Assembly (NCBI GenBank): GCA_036339735.1
Contig: JAYZAL010000001.1
Coordinates: 42,540-106,539, forward strand
Direction of reading: 5' to 3'
Length of the DNA: 64,000 bases
From: Candidatus Poribacteria bacterium
GTDB lineage: Bacteria; Poribacteria; WGA-4E; UBA9662
The notes beneath the pieces are model-generated. The model did not search any database, was not told the DNA's origin, and worked only from the letters and a program-made list of their open reading frames with translations. Shown piece after piece: positions 43,653-54,420 of the stretch (its first letter is position 1; each line of letters opens with the position of its first letter). Made by a program: the position numbers and the translations under genes.

Positions 43653-45614
43653 ATGGAGAATAATCAAGTGAGTCAAAAATCCTACTCGCCATCTAGTGGC
43701 AAATATCCTATAGAAAAAGCCCATATTAACAGTTTAGATCAGTACAAAGAGATTTATGACCGATCGATCCAAGACCCTGAAGCATTCTGGTCGGAAATAG
43801 CTGAACGCATCACCTGGTTTAAGAAATGGGATCAAATTTGCGAGTATGATTTTGTTAACGCAAGTGTCAAGTGGTTTGAGGGGGCAACTCTAAATGCTTG
43901 CTACAACTGTTTAGATCGACACATTGAAGACGGACATGGAGATGATACTGCTCTGATCTGGGAAGGTAATAATCCAAACGACGACAAGACTTACACATTC
44001 AACCAACTTTTGACAGAGGTTAAGAAATTTTCGAATGTACTAAAAGCACAAGGTATAAAAAAAGGCGACCGAGTTTGTCTTTACTTACAGATGATACCAG
44101 AGTTAGCTATTGCTGTTTTAGCTTGTGCTAGAATTGGAGCTGTACATTCGGTAGTATTTGGTGCTTTTTCTGCTGATGCGCTACGTGATCGTATTAATGA
44201 TTCTGAATGTAAGCTACTAATCACGCAAGATACAGCTGTTCGAGGCGCCAAGGGAGGTATCCCAATGAAAGCTAATGCTGATCAAGCATTAACTGAAACA
44301 CCTTCCATCCAAAAAGTCGTTGTCATACAAAGGACCGGAGACCATGTAGATTTTGATGAAAGCCGAGACGTTTGGTGGCATGAAGCAATGTTGACAGTTG
44401 ATGATGACTGTTCGCCTGAGGTAATGTTAGCCGAAGACCCCCTATTTATTCTATATACTTCAGGTTCGACAGGCCAACCCAAAGGAGTCCTGCATACAAC
44501 GGGTGGATACATGGTTTACACGTCATATTCGCACGAGATAATTTTTGATTACCACCCAGGAGATGTGTATTGGTGTACAGCAGATATTGGCTGGATTACT
44601 GGTCATTCGTACATAATTTATGGACCATTAGCTAACCGATCTATTACGGTAATGTTCGAAGGTGTGCCAAATTATCCTGATTTCGGCCGATTTTGGCAGG
44701 TAGTAGAAAAGCATCAGGTCAACCTATTTTACACGGCCCCAACAGCCCTCAGAGCACTGATGAAAGAAGGTGATAGCTGGGTGGAAAAATACGACAGATC
44801 TTCACTTCGTTTACTTGGTACAGTTGGTGAGACAATAAAAGAACCTGAATGGACTTGGTATTATAATATCGTCGGTAATCAGAATTGTCCGATCGTTGAT
44901 ACTTGGTGGCAGACCGAAACAGGAGGTATTCTGATTACACCACTACCTGCTATTTCTGATCTGAAGCCAGGTTCGGCTATGATTCCCTTCTTTGGTATTG
45001 AACCTGTTTTATTGGATGAAAATGGGAACGAAGTTGAGGGTAATCCTGCTAGTGGTTACTTGTGTATTAAGTCGCCTTGGCCAAGTTTAATGCGTACCGT
45101 TTATGGGGACCACGAACGTTTTCGTCAGACTTATTTCGACCGATTTCCTGGTTATTATATGGCTGGAGATGGCGCTATGCGTGATGCTGACGGACACTAT
45201 TGGATTACTGGTCGCGTCGACGATGTATTGAATGTTTCTGGACACCGGTTGGGAACCGCAGAAATTGAAGGGGCGATTGGTCAATATGAAACAGTAGCCG
45301 AAGCCGCAGTGGTCGGTTACCAGCATGATATCAAAGGGCAAGGGGTTTATGCATACGTGACCTTGATGACGGGTCAATCCCCATCTGAACAAACAATTAG
45401 TGGTATCAAGCAAAAGGTGCGAACATTAATTGGGCCACACGCTACTCCAGACAAAATTCAGTTTACTCCATCTCTTCCGAAAACTAGATCTGGTAAAATT
45501 ATGCGACGAATCCTACGTAAAATAGCCGAAGGTGATACTGAAAATTTGGGAGATACATCTACTCTAGCTGACCCAACCGTGGTAGATGATTTACTATCCG
45601 GTAGCGAGTTATAA
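43653..45614 (+). CDS. acs: Acetyl-CoA synthetase
   Basis: [43 protein letters not shown]; TGtTATAAT upstream near 43589. Confidence 0.96.
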   Translation: MENNQVSQKSYSPSSGKYPIEKAHINSLDQYKEIYDRSIQDPEAFWSEIAERITWFKKWDQICEYDFVNASVKWFEGATLNACYNCLDRHIEDGHGDDTALIWEGNNPNDDKTYTFNQLLTEVKKFSNVLKAQGIKKGDRVCLYLQMIPELAIAVLACARIGAVHSVVFGAFSADALRDRINDSECKLLITQDTAVRGAKGGIPMKANADQALTETPSIQKVVVIQRTGDHVDFDESRDVWWHEAMLTVDDDCSPEVMLAEDPLFILYTSGSTGQPKGVLHTTGGYMVYTSYSHEIIFDYHPGDVYWCTADIGWITGHSYIIYGPLANRSITVMFEGVPNYPDFGRFWQVVEKHQVNLFYTAPTALRALMKEGDSWVEKYDRSSLRLLGTVGETIKEPEWTWYYNIVGNQNCPIVDTWWQTETGGILITPLPAISDLKPGSAMIPFFGIEPVLLDENGNEVEGNPASGYLCIKSPWPSLMRTVYGDHERFRQTYFDRFPGYYMAGDGAMRDADGHYWITGRVDDVLNVSGHRLGTAEIEGAIGQYETVAEAAVVGYQHDIKGQGVYAYVTLMTGQSPSEQTISGIKQKVRTLIGPHATPDKIQFTPSLPKTRSGKIMRRILRKIAEGDTENLGDTSTLADPTVVDDLLSGSEL

Positions 45615-45616
45615 CC

Positions 45617-47113
45617 TTGGAAACGGGAAGTAAATTGTGGGCTGGCCGTTTCACTAGTGAAATGGACAATCTAATGCTTGATTTCACTCATTCGACTGAG
45701 ACAGATTCACGCTTAATTCCCTACGATATTTGGGGTAGTCAAGTTCACGCTTTGATGTTATCCCACCAAAATATTATTAACCCCACTGATTTATCACCAA
45801 TTTTGATTTGGTTAGAGAAAGCATTAAGCGATTTTCACGAAGGTAAATTTGTGCTTGACCCAACTAAAGAAGATGTTCACATGAACGTTGAATCATATGT
45901 GATAGAAGGTGCTGGGGCAGAATTTGGGGGTAAACTACACACTGCTCGATCCAGAAATGATCAAGTTTTAACGGATACTCGCTTGTATAGTAGAGAACAA
46001 ATTTTGATTATTTGTTCTAACCTAGTTGTCTTATGTAAAGCATTTCTCAATATTGCAACCAAACATACGACAACAGTGATGCCTGGTTATACTCATACCC
46101 AGCACGCTCAGCCGATCAGTTTGGGCTTTTGGGCTACGGCTTATATCAGTATGTTTTTGAGAGATTTTAAGCGTTTATTTTCTGCTTTTGAAACAACTAA
46201 TACTAACCCGTTAGGAGCTGGTGCTTTAAGTGGTACTAATTTACCTATAGATCGATCTTTTACAACCGAATTACTAGGTTTCCAAAGTACACACCAACAC
46301 GCATTGGACGTGATCAGTTCTCGAGATTTTATTGCTGAAACCCTTTCAGCCTTAGCCATTTTAATGACTAATTTGTCTCGATTTAGTGAGGAGATTGTCT
46401 ACTGGACAACATATGAGTTTGGTTTAATCCAACTTGATGATAGTTTCGCTTCTGGTAGTTCGATCATGCCACAAAAAAAGAATGCTGATGTGGCTGAGCT
46501 AACAAGAGGGCGCTTTAGCCAAGTTCTAGGGGCACTGGTCGATTTATTGAGTAATCTGAAAAGTTTACCCTTGGGTTATAATAGGGATCTTCAGGAAGAT
46601 AAGCCACCACTTTGGCGATCATTTGATACAGTTACCGCGTGTCTGAAAATTCTGCCCAAAATGTCACAGACACTAACATTTAATACCGACCGAATGGCTC
46701 AGTTATGTCAAGCCAACTTTTCTACTGCCACAGAGTTAGCCAACTACCTAGTACAGGAAAAAGGTATACCATTTCGACAGTGCCACGATATAGTTGGTAA
46801 GGTCGTTGGCCAACTAGTAAAAAGTAATCACACTTTTGACAATTTAGATAGAACTGCAAGTCTGCTTGCAGAAATGTCAATCGAAATTTCTATATCAGAT
46901 TTAGCTTCCATTTTAGCACCGGGGGAAGCTCTAATTCGAAATAAAAGTACTGGAGGAACATCGCCTAAAGAGGTGAAAGCTATGATAAAAGAATTTGAAA
47001 ATCAGCTAGAAAACATCGAAACTAGTATACGGTCTCGAACTGAACAAATCGAGTTAGCCTACGAACGAACTCAGCAAATGATAAAAAGCAAAATACAGAA
47101 TCCATCTATATAA
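45617..47113 (+). CDS. argH: Argininosuccinate lyase
   Basis: LWAGRF, LHTARSRNDQV, MPGYTHTQHAQP, GSSIMPQKKN, YNRDLQEDK. Confidence 0.95.
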   Translation: METGSKLWAGRFTSEMDNLMLDFTHSTETDSRLIPYDIWGSQVHALMLSHQNIINPTDLSPILIWLEKALSDFHEGKFVLDPTKEDVHMNVESYVIEGAGAEFGGKLHTARSRNDQVLTDTRLYSREQILIICSNLVVLCKAFLNIATKHTTTVMPGYTHTQHAQPISLGFWATAYISMFLRDFKRLFSAFETTNTNPLGAGALSGTNLPIDRSFTTELLGFQSTHQHALDVISSRDFIAETLSALAILMTNLSRFSEEIVYWTTYEFGLIQLDDSFASGSSIMPQKKNADVAELTRGRFSQVLGALVDLLSNLKSLPLGYNRDLQEDKPPLWRSFDTVTACLKILPKMSQTLTFNTDRMAQLCQANFSTATELANYLVQEKGIPFRQCHDIVGKVVGQLVKSNHTFDNLDRTASLLAEMSIEISISDLASILAPGEALIRNKSTGGTSPKEVKAMIKEFENQLENIETSIRSRTEQIELAYERTQQMIKSKIQNPSI

Positions 47114-47119
47114 GTTTTT

Positions 47120-47453
47120 TCCTTTTTTGTGCGTTTTGGCCATACTGAATCATATTCTCTTAAAAAATACTTATTCTTTCATTTTCGTCCTGAAGTTCCA
47201 AGATATTTATTAAGAAGTGTAAATATTGAACGATCTTTATAAAAAGTAGCTAAAACATTGTTTAATTTTTAGCGTAATAATTTCTGGACTGGTGAAAATT
47301 ACTATTTGTTGCAAACCAAATGGAAAGCTTTTCAATGGTTCTTGAAGTGTATTTTTCAATTACTTCTGCAGTAATATAATCCCATTTCTTACATTCATCT
47401 CGTTTACGGTGCTATTTTTTAAATCAACCATTTTCATTTTTCCAAAAAATCAT
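47120..47453 (-). pseudogene. Possible AT-rich decayed ORF of unknown family
   Basis: Reads MIFWKNENG*FKK*HRKRDECKKWDYITAEVIEKYT... then in a shifted frame LNNVLATFYKDRSIFTLLNKYLG... Confidence 0.3.
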
Positions 47454-47682
47454 GTTATTCCGTAAACGGATCGCTTACCCTAAGCGGTTAAATAAACCAG
47501 AGTCAAGTATTATTAGGCAGTACTCTGACCATACTTGATGGCTAAATTCAGCCCTTAGTGATAATACTGAATTAATCACATGCTCTTCAAGATCAATCAA
47601 GCTACATGTATGCGTCCAAATATCAAACTTAGTAGAACATGGGATGGATCCATTCTGATTAGTAATATTCAGGAATCAACTT

Positions 47683-49536
47683 ATGCCACACAAAAAACGA
47701 ATCGCTCTTTGCTTAATTCTGTTTCAGTTGTTGGTTGCTGTACATAGCGAAAACTACCAAAAACAGAATATTTCTGTTTTGCCTTTTTCCGGTTGGAAAG
47801 GGAAAAATGCTGCTGGTTTTCAATCGGCATTAACTAATAAAATCATCCACCGAATAATCAATTCTCAACGGTTTAATGTTATTGATCGAGTGAACTTGGA
47901 ACGAATTATAGAAGAACAAAACCTTCAGTTATCTGGTGTTATCGACGAAAATACAGTAGTACAAGTTGGAAGATTAGCCGGTGTACAAAGGTGTATTATT
48001 GGTAATTTTACAGGTAACTCAGTTGAGTATTATCCGGCTAAAAAAAATGACCAAGGGAAAATTATACGACATAGCTACTACGAATCTAACGTTAGTGCCA
48101 CAATTCGTATGTTATCTGTCGAGAGTGGACATTACGATAAATCCGTGGAAACCTATGCTAGCGAACGGGGAGAAAATGCGGATGCGGCATTTTCAAAAGC
48201 ACTGGATAAGCTAGCTGAAGCAGTCGTTACAGAATTTGAGAGTCAATTCCCCATTCAGACTATTATCAAACGAATAGACCATTCAACTGTTACCATTGAA
48301 CGGGGTAAAGATTCGGGAATCAAAATTGGTATGGCATTCATAATCTATGGGTTCCAACCTTCACCAGACGAGATTTTCGACGAAATTATAATTAACGACG
48401 ACGTCCCCGAAGTTGGAATTATGAAAATTACTTCGATTGAAGCCCGGACAGCAAAGGGGCGTCTTTTTGGCGACTTCAGCGAAGTGATTGCAGGTAATCT
48501 AATTCGAGAAACTGATAGGCCAATCAAAATTGAAGCTAACATCTTAGAAAAGTCATTTGGTGGAATTACTATTAATGCTGGTGCTGATTTAGGGTTAACA
48601 AAAGGCACAACTTTCAAGGTTATGAAACGACAGAAAGATTTGATGGACCCGGAAACAGGCGAAGTCCATACTGATCAGTTTAAACCTGTTGGAACTGTAA
48701 TGATTACAGAGGTACACCAAACTTTTTCTCGCGGCCGAATTGCTAAAGGCCGGTACTTCATCCGTCGCGGGATGAAACTGGAACAAACAACTCCCTTTTA
48801 TGGCTGGTTGGGTTTAGCAGTTAGTTACGGTATGTTTAGCCTGCAAAGCGAAACAAACAATCGAGACAAAGAATATTTTAAAGTCGATAAATGGAACCAT
48901 ACTATCACACCAGTCTCATACACAGAGCGTGACTCATTAGTGAATAGAGGGTATGGACAGACAATTATATCAATGGATTATTCTAATAAGGATGATCTTC
49001 CACTAACTGGTTTTCTGCTTCAGGCATCGGCTTATTTAAGGAAACCAATTAGTCAAATCTCGATCGGAGCTGATTTTAATTATTATAACCTCGGTGAAGA
49101 ATCAGATTTAACATCATCAGGAATAGATTTGAAACTAAGTAAGCACTTTGGTCTTTTACCTGAAATCTTGTTTTTGAGCCCGATTATTGGTTTCGGTTTT
49201 GGGTATTGTGAACAGAAAGTTTCCGGCGACATTGTCCAATTACTTAGTCAGGGTAACGACAATAAAGTGACAGCAGAGTCCTACCATTTTATTGTTGGTC
49301 TTGATGCTAAGTTGAAATTAGGTAAGCTAGTAGCTTGGGGAAATGCTAGTTACAAAACTTTAAGTTTTACAAATTGGAAATACCAAGTAGATAGCGGCAA
49401 GAGATCTGATGATGGAAAAATCCTTACAGAGGATAAGTCAATTGATAAAAAATACGTGGTGTATCCGAGTATAAAGATACCTTATGTGGTGACTATTGGT
49501 ATAACTGGTGAATTTGACATTCACTTTTTCAACTAA
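47683..49536 (+). CDS. CsgG/HfaB-like domain protein with repeated beta domains and a probable C-terminal beta-barrel
   Basis: RFNVIDRVNLERIIEEQNLQLSG, VGRLAG; two 'I..G...G...G..F' repeats; DPETGE; amphipathic strands ending EFDIHFFN. Confidence 0.7.
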   Translation: MPHKKRIALCLILFQLLVAVHSENYQKQNISVLPFSGWKGKNAAGFQSALTNKIIHRIINSQRFNVIDRVNLERIIEEQNLQLSGVIDENTVVQVGRLAGVQRCIIGNFTGNSVEYYPAKKNDQGKIIRHSYYESNVSATIRMLSVESGHYDKSVETYASERGENADAAFSKALDKLAEAVVTEFESQFPIQTIIKRIDHSTVTIERGKDSGIKIGMAFIIYGFQPSPDEIFDEIIINDDVPEVGIMKITSIEARTAKGRLFGDFSEVIAGNLIRETDRPIKIEANILEKSFGGITINAGADLGLTKGTTFKVMKRQKDLMDPETGEVHTDQFKPVGTVMITEVHQTFSRGRIAKGRYFIRRGMKLEQTTPFYGWLGLAVSYGMFSLQSETNNRDKEYFKVDKWNHTITPVSYTERDSLVNRGYGQTIISMDYSNKDDLPLTGFLLQASAYLRKPISQISIGADFNYYNLGEESDLTSSGIDLKLSKHFGLLPEILFLSPIIGFGFGYCEQKVSGDIVQLLSQGNDNKVTAESYHFIVGLDAKLKLGKLVAWGNASYKTLSFTNWKYQVDSGKRSDDGKILTEDKSIDKKYVVYPSIKIPYVVTIGITGEFDIHFFN

Positions 49537-49551
49537 TTCTTTAAGGAATTA

Positions 49552-50988
49552 ATGATGAAAAGACTCAGTTTTTGGACATTTTTTTTTATCATTGCAATAG
49601 GTTGTAACAAAGCGAGTGTGAGAAAGACTTTTTCTGAAGATTTTGATTTGAAGCATCGATATAAAAGCCAAAATACAATGAACAAGTCAAAACGATCTGT
49701 GGTTGCGCCCGAATGGCTAATATTGAGGCCATCTAACGACCTCTATTATATTGGCATAGGTCAAGCTAATATAGATGATAATAATTATACGCAACGAGCT
49801 AAAAACCGAGCCTTAGCCCAGGTTGCTGAGGAAATTTCAGTTACGATTTCAAGTGAAATGATCAATACAGCAGTTGAAATCTCGGGCATGCTAGAAAGCG
49901 ATTTTCAAGAAGATATTCGTACTTCTACTCAGAAAGAATTAGAAGGAGTAGAAACAGTAGGTTTTTGGCAAGATCACCAATTTTATTGGGTCTACTGTAG
50001 ACTGAACAAAGCCAAATACAATGAACGACAAACTCAAAAAATCGATCAAGCCATACAAATATCATTCGACCTTTACCAAAAAGCCACAAGTCAACTCAAC
50101 GCCGGAGAATTGGCTAATGCCTTACCGTTATACTTACAAGCTCTTTTGCCTATTCAAAATTATTTGGCTCAATCGTTAACAGTTAAACAGAATCAGAATT
50201 CTACTATCCAACTACAAGACCAAATTTATCTCCGGATTCGGCAGATCTTAGGGCAAATAAGAATAAGTACTGATTCTCCCGAAATTTCCGTTAAACTAGG
50301 CCAACCCAGTTTCAGTCAGTTAAAAGTCATAGTTGAATCATCAAAACCACTAAGGCAAATACCAATTCGATTTAGCACCATCAGTCTTTCCACCGATCTT
50401 ATGTCCACTGTGTTAACTGATCGGAATGGAGTTGCTTCAATACGCATAAACCCCAAAGAATTCAATATAGAAGAGACCCAGATTGCGGAGGCAAAACTGG
50501 ATTTGTCTGCTTTAATCGGTTTTGGCCAAATTACATCGAAATATTTGGAAATGTTGATTGAGGATTTTCCAGTGCCGACTATCAAGCTTATCGTAAAGAT
50601 AATTAAACCATCAATCTGTATCAAGTCAGTCGAAACAAATATGGGCAAGTCTTCATCTGTATCATACGTAACGGAAAAAATAAAAGAAGTACTCGTAGAC
50701 AAAGGATTTACATTCAAGGAAAGTGTAGTTGAAGCCGATTTTGTAATTAATTTACATGCTAGAACAAGAGCGGGTAGCGAAGTCTTTGGCCAATTTGTAG
50801 CTTACGCCGATTTAACAATAGCCGTAACGAACACAATGACTGATCAGGAGATTTACCACCAGGGATTAGTAAACATCAAAGGTATACACACTAATTATTG
50901 GGAAGCAGGGCTAAAAGCGTTGGAAAAAGCTAGAAATCAGATAAACGTAGAAGTCACACCCAATTTACTTATAGCAATCCAAAAATAG
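49552..50988 (+). CDS. LPP20-family lipoprotein
   Basis: Lipobox IAIGC; PEW, YYIGIG, AKNRALAQVAEEISVTISS. Confidence 0.72.
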   Translation: MMKRLSFWTFFFIIAIGCNKASVRKTFSEDFDLKHRYKSQNTMNKSKRSVVAPEWLILRPSNDLYYIGIGQANIDDNNYTQRAKNRALAQVAEEISVTISSEMINTAVEISGMLESDFQEDIRTSTQKELEGVETVGFWQDHQFYWVYCRLNKAKYNERQTQKIDQAIQISFDLYQKATSQLNAGELANALPLYLQALLPIQNYLAQSLTVKQNQNSTIQLQDQIYLRIRQILGQIRISTDSPEISVKLGQPSFSQLKVIVESSKPLRQIPIRFSTISLSTDLMSTVLTDRNGVASIRINPKEFNIEETQIAEAKLDLSALIGFGQITSKYLEMLIEDFPVPTIKLIVKIIKPSICIKSVETNMGKSSSVSYVTEKIKEVLVDKGFTFKESVVEADFVINLHARTRAGSEVFGQFVAYADLTIAVTNTMTDQEIYHQGLVNIKGIHTNYWEAGLKALEKARNQINVEVTPNLLIAIQK

Positions 50989-51009
50989 TTGATTGATTAT
51001 CGATAAACG

Positions 51010-52539
51010 CTAACCATTTTCCCTGAAGTGGATAACTTTATTGATTGCGTTAATATATGCTTTTGCGCTAGCCTCTATAATATCAGTACTAGCTCCGTGT
51101 CCAACAAATGAACGCCCTTTTTCTTTTACTTTGACAGTTACTTCTCCAATCGCATCCATTCCTTCTGTTACAGAACGGATTTGATAATCTGATAATGTTG
51201 GAGAAAAACCTGTGACGCGTGAAATGGCCTTATAAGTTGCATCGACTGGGCCATCTCCTGTAGCTGCTTCAGTCACTGCTCCCTCTGCGGTTGTTATACC
51301 AACTGTAGCAGTTGAAGTAATCTGATTCCCGCTGAAAATCTGAATGTGATCAAATTGGTATCGAGATTCACTCACTAGAACAGTTTCTGATTCGTCTTGC
51401 ATAATTGCTTCAAGATCAGCATCATGTACTTCTTTCTTTTTGTCAGCCAAAGAGAGAAAACGTTCGTAGACCGAATCGAGTTGTTCTGTTTCAATTTCAT
51501 AACCTAGTACAGCTAGGCGATGACGCAATGCATTTCGGCCAGATCTTGGACTCAATATAATCTGGCTCTCTTGCAAACCAACCACTGTGGGGTTAATAAT
51601 CTCAAAAGTATCTCTCTGCTTAATCACTCCATCTTGATGAATGCCAGAACTATGGGCAAAGGCATTGGCTCCGACAATAGCTTTATTGGCTGCTACTGGC
51701 ATTCCCATAGTCCGACTTACCAGCCGGCTAATAGGTACAATCTCAGTAGTATCAACATCAGTATGAACATCTGCAAAATGATCACGCCGAGTACGAATGG
51801 CCATAACAATTTCTTCCATCGAGGTGTTACCAGCACGTTCACCTAGTCCATTCACTGTACATTCAACTTGTCGCGCCCCATTTTTGATAGCCGCTATACT
51901 ATTGGCAACGGCCAACCCCAAATCGTTATGACAATGAACACTAATAATAACTTGATTAATATTATTAACGTTCTGTTTTATCTTAGCAATCAACTTACCA
52001 AATTCTGAAGGTATAGCATATCCAACGGTATCAGGTATATTGATAATGCTAGCGCCTGCTTCAATAGTAGCTTCTATGATCTCAAAAAGATAAACGGGAT
52101 CAGTCCGAGCAGCGTCCATCGGCGAAAATTCGACTGTCGGGCACAAATCTCGTGCATACGCAACTGATTCAATCGACGACTTCAGAATAGTGTCTTCATC
52201 TGAACGCATTATTCCCTTGATGTGAATCTCTGATGTACCAACAAAAGTGTGTATTCTAGGTCGTTTGGCTTCCCTGATTGCCTCCCATGCATCAGTAATA
52301 TCCTTTTCAATAATTCTTGATAATGCACAGATTTCTGGGCCCTCAACTTCACTGGCAATTCGACTTACAGCTTCAAAGTCAGCAGGAGAAGAACGTGGGA
52401 AGCCCGCTTCTATAACATCCACATTCAGAGCGGATAGATGTTTTGCTATTGCAAGTTTCTCATTACCGTTTAGGGCTGCGCCAGGTGTTTGCTCTGCGTC
52501 CCGCAACGTTGTATCAAAGATCAATATTTTTTCAGACAT
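51010..52539 (-). CDS. leuA: 2-isopropylmalate synthase (LeuA family) with C-terminal regulatory domain
   Basis: [40 protein letters not shown]; start moved to MSEKILIF (RBS AGGGA). Confidence 0.88.
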   Translation of the reverse strand: MSEKILIFDTTLRDAEQTPGAALNGNEKLAIAKHLSALNVDVIEAGFPRSSPADFEAVSRIASEVEGPEICALSRIIEKDITDAWEAIREAKRPRIHTFVGTSEIHIKGIMRSDEDTILKSSIESVAYARDLCPTVEFSPMDAARTDPVYLFEIIEATIEAGASIINIPDTVGYAIPSEFGKLIAKIKQNVNNINQVIISVHCHNDLGLAVANSIAAIKNGARQVECTVNGLGERAGNTSMEEIVMAIRTRRDHFADVHTDVDTTEIVPISRLVSRTMGMPVAANKAIVGANAFAHSSGIHQDGVIKQRDTFEIINPTVVGLQESQIILSPRSGRNALRHRLAVLGYEIETEQLDSVYERFLSLADKKKEVHDADLEAIMQDESETVLVSESRYQFDHIQIFSGNQITSTATVGITTAEGAVTEAATGDGPVDATYKAISRVTGFSPTLSDYQIRSVTEGMDAIGEVTVKVKEKGRSFVGHGASTDIIEASAKAYINAINKVIHFRENG

Positions 52540-52570
52540 CCGTCGATTCCCTATATGTTGCTGTTTCAAC

Positions 52571-53590
52571 TCAATCCATATCGCGACCGATAGCAGTAGC
52601 TAAATGTTTCAAATCATTCATCAAAATACTAAATTGGTCTGGAAAAAGAGACTGAACACCATCACCGGTCATCGAATTGTCTGGATCGTGGTGAACTTCT
52701 AAAATAAGGCCATCGGCACCGGCTGCAATCGAAGCTTTTGACATTGGAGCAACATAACTACGTATTCCTGTCCCATGACTTGGGTCTGAAATAATTGGTA
52801 AATGGCTGAGTTCTTTGATCGCAGGAATGGCATTAAGATCAAGTGTGTTTCGAGTATGCGTTTCAAAAGTACGAATTCCTCTTTCGCATAGGATAACGTT
52901 GGGGTTACCTTCAGATAGAATATATTCAGCTGCCAACAACCATTCTTCAATAGTTGAAGAGAAACCACGTTTTAGTATGACAGGCTTTTGTTGTTTCCCA
53001 ACTTCACGCAACAGATAGAAATTTTGCATGTTTCGTGTACCCAACTGAAAAATATCAGTATATTGGCCTACCAATTCGACTTCGTGTGGAGTCATTACTT
53101 CAGTTACAATACCAAGTCCTGTTTCATTTCTAGCACAAACTAGCATTTCAAGAGCAGACTTTCCAAACCCTTGAAAACTATATGGGCCTGTTCTTGGTTT
53201 AAAAGCCCCACCTCGGATAAAATTAGCACCTGACATCTTGATCTCTTGAGCAATTCGGACAATCTGTTCAGTGTTCTCCACAGCACATGGCCCTGCAATC
53301 ACGACCAATTGTCTGCTACCGATTTTGGTTCCGTTGGACTCTATAACTGTGGGTTCATCCCGAAATTGACGGCTTGCCAGTTTATACGGCGCTGAAATTG
53401 GCATAGTACGATCGACTCCTTTCATTGACTCGATAGGTTGATTGGCCAACTTGGATTTATCTCCAATAACGCCGATAAGCGTATGTTGTTCGCCTGTTGA
53501 TTTTTGGGCTTGCAACCCAGCGGACTCAATTCTCGAGACAACCTTGTCGATGTCCTCATGTGTTGCATTAGGCTTCATAATGACAACCAT
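52571..53590 (-). CDS. aroF: DAHP synthase type I-beta with N-terminal ferredoxin-like regulatory domain
   Basis: IAGPCAVE, GGAFKPRT, LKRG, LCERGIRTFE, DPSHGTG. Confidence 0.94.
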   Translation of the reverse strand: MVVIMKPNATHEDIDKVVSRIESAGLQAQKSTGEQHTLIGVIGDKSKLANQPIESMKGVDRTMPISAPYKLASRQFRDEPTVIESNGTKIGSRQLVVIAGPCAVENTEQIVRIAQEIKMSGANFIRGGAFKPRTGPYSFQGFGKSALEMLVCARNETGLGIVTEVMTPHEVELVGQYTDIFQLGTRNMQNFYLLREVGKQQKPVILKRGFSSTIEEWLLAAEYILSEGNPNVILCERGIRTFETHTRNTLDLNAIPAIKELSHLPIISDPSHGTGIRSYVAPMSKASIAAGADGLILEVHHDPDNSMTGDGVQSLFPDQFSILMNDLKHLATAIGRDMD

Positions 53591-53657
53591 TTTTATACCC
53601 CTCTTCTATTATTTCAGTTGTATTTTCTAAACTTATATCTTTAGTACAATTTTTCGT

Positions 53658-53705
53658 AAAACCGAAAACGCCCATCACCGATTAGTACCTCTTCGATGAT
53701 GGGCG
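53658..53705 (-). terminator. Attenuator terminator upstream of aroF
   Basis: Minus strand: CGCCCATCATCGA-11nt-TCGGTGATGGGCG (13 bp, one G-U) then TTTTCGGTTTT. Confidence 0.85.
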
Positions 53706-53731
53706 CTTATCCAAGTCTTTACTGTTTGTCT

Positions 53732-53854
53732 CTATGTTGTTCCCATAACCCACTTGCGCCCGCAGTCCGAGTAATAAAAGAAATACAAAAAAAATAAACC
53801 AAGGTTCCGAGCTGCGTCAGTATCCAAGATCAGATTAGATGCGATTTTTTTCAT
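53732..53854 (-). CDS. Attenuation leader peptide, 40 aa: MKKIASNLILDTDAARNLGLFFLYFFYYSDCGRKWVMGTT
   Basis: Translated by hand; Leu/Phe/Tyr codon run at 53771-53803, between promoter and terminator of aroF-leuA. Confidence 0.82.
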   Translation of the reverse strand: MKKIASNLILDTDAARNLGLFFLYFFYYSDCGRKWVMGTT

Positions 53855-53900
53855 AGGATATCATTGGCCCACAATTGACGTACGAAGGTCAAACTTCCCT

Positions 53901-53929
53901 ATTCTAGCGAAAAGTCTAATCTGTGTCAA
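53901..53929 (-). promoter_or_regulatory. Sigma70-type promoter TTGACA-17-TAGAAT of leader-aroF-leuA
   Basis: Minus strand reads TTGACA cagattagacttttcgc TAGAAT. Confidence 0.8.
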
Positions 53930-54021
53930 GTGTTTTTAAATCTTCCGTCCTGAACCAGCTAATACATGTTAATATTAAATAATTGAGGACAACGAATTTT
54001 TAAATGAGGAATAAATAAATT

Positions 54022-54417
54022 TTGCAAAAATTTCTTTTTCTGTTACCTGTTTGGATTCATTTACTAGCAATGGCAGGAACTTTTGGAGCAACCGTTACTT
54101 GCGCCTTCTTATCACGAAGGGATCCCGAGAACCAAGATGATATAGTATGGCGTATACCACAAATGTTTTTGGGGCTAACTTTTTTAACCGGTTTGGCACT
54201 AGTATACTTACGTTTTACATCAGCAATGAACACTGGAACAGAACTAGGTATACATTTTTGGGGTCTTACCAGTTGCAAGTTGGCTTTGCTGTTTATTTCT
54301 GGCGCACTTTCGGGAATTGCTAGTAAAAAATCCAAAGCAGGTCAGGCGTCGAGTTTCCTGTGGGTAGGAGCAGCATCTATGTTTGCTGCAGCATCTTTAC
54401 TTGGTTTAAGTGTTTGA
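54022..54417 (+). CDS. Four-TM membrane protein (CopD/DUF2269-like)
   Basis: WIHLLAM, LTGL, KLAL pattern; RBS GAGGA. Confidence 0.6.
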   Translation: MQKFLFLLPVWIHLLAMAGTFGATVTCAFLSRRDPENQDDIVWRIPQMFLGLTFLTGLALVYLRFTSAMNTGTELGIHFWGLTSCKLALLFISGALSGIASKKSKAGQASSFLWVGAASMFAAASLLGLSV

Positions 54418-54420
54418 TAA

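Noticed and set aside
52540-52571. aroF-leuA read-through fusion or TTG start at 52569
   Set aside because: leuA is not in frame with the aroF stop, and ATG 52539 has an RBS and matches the normal LeuA N-terminus
53658-53900. T-box riboswitch upstream of aroF
   Set aside because: No T-box consensus (AAnnnGGGTGGnACC) before the terminator; the leader peptide explains the region better
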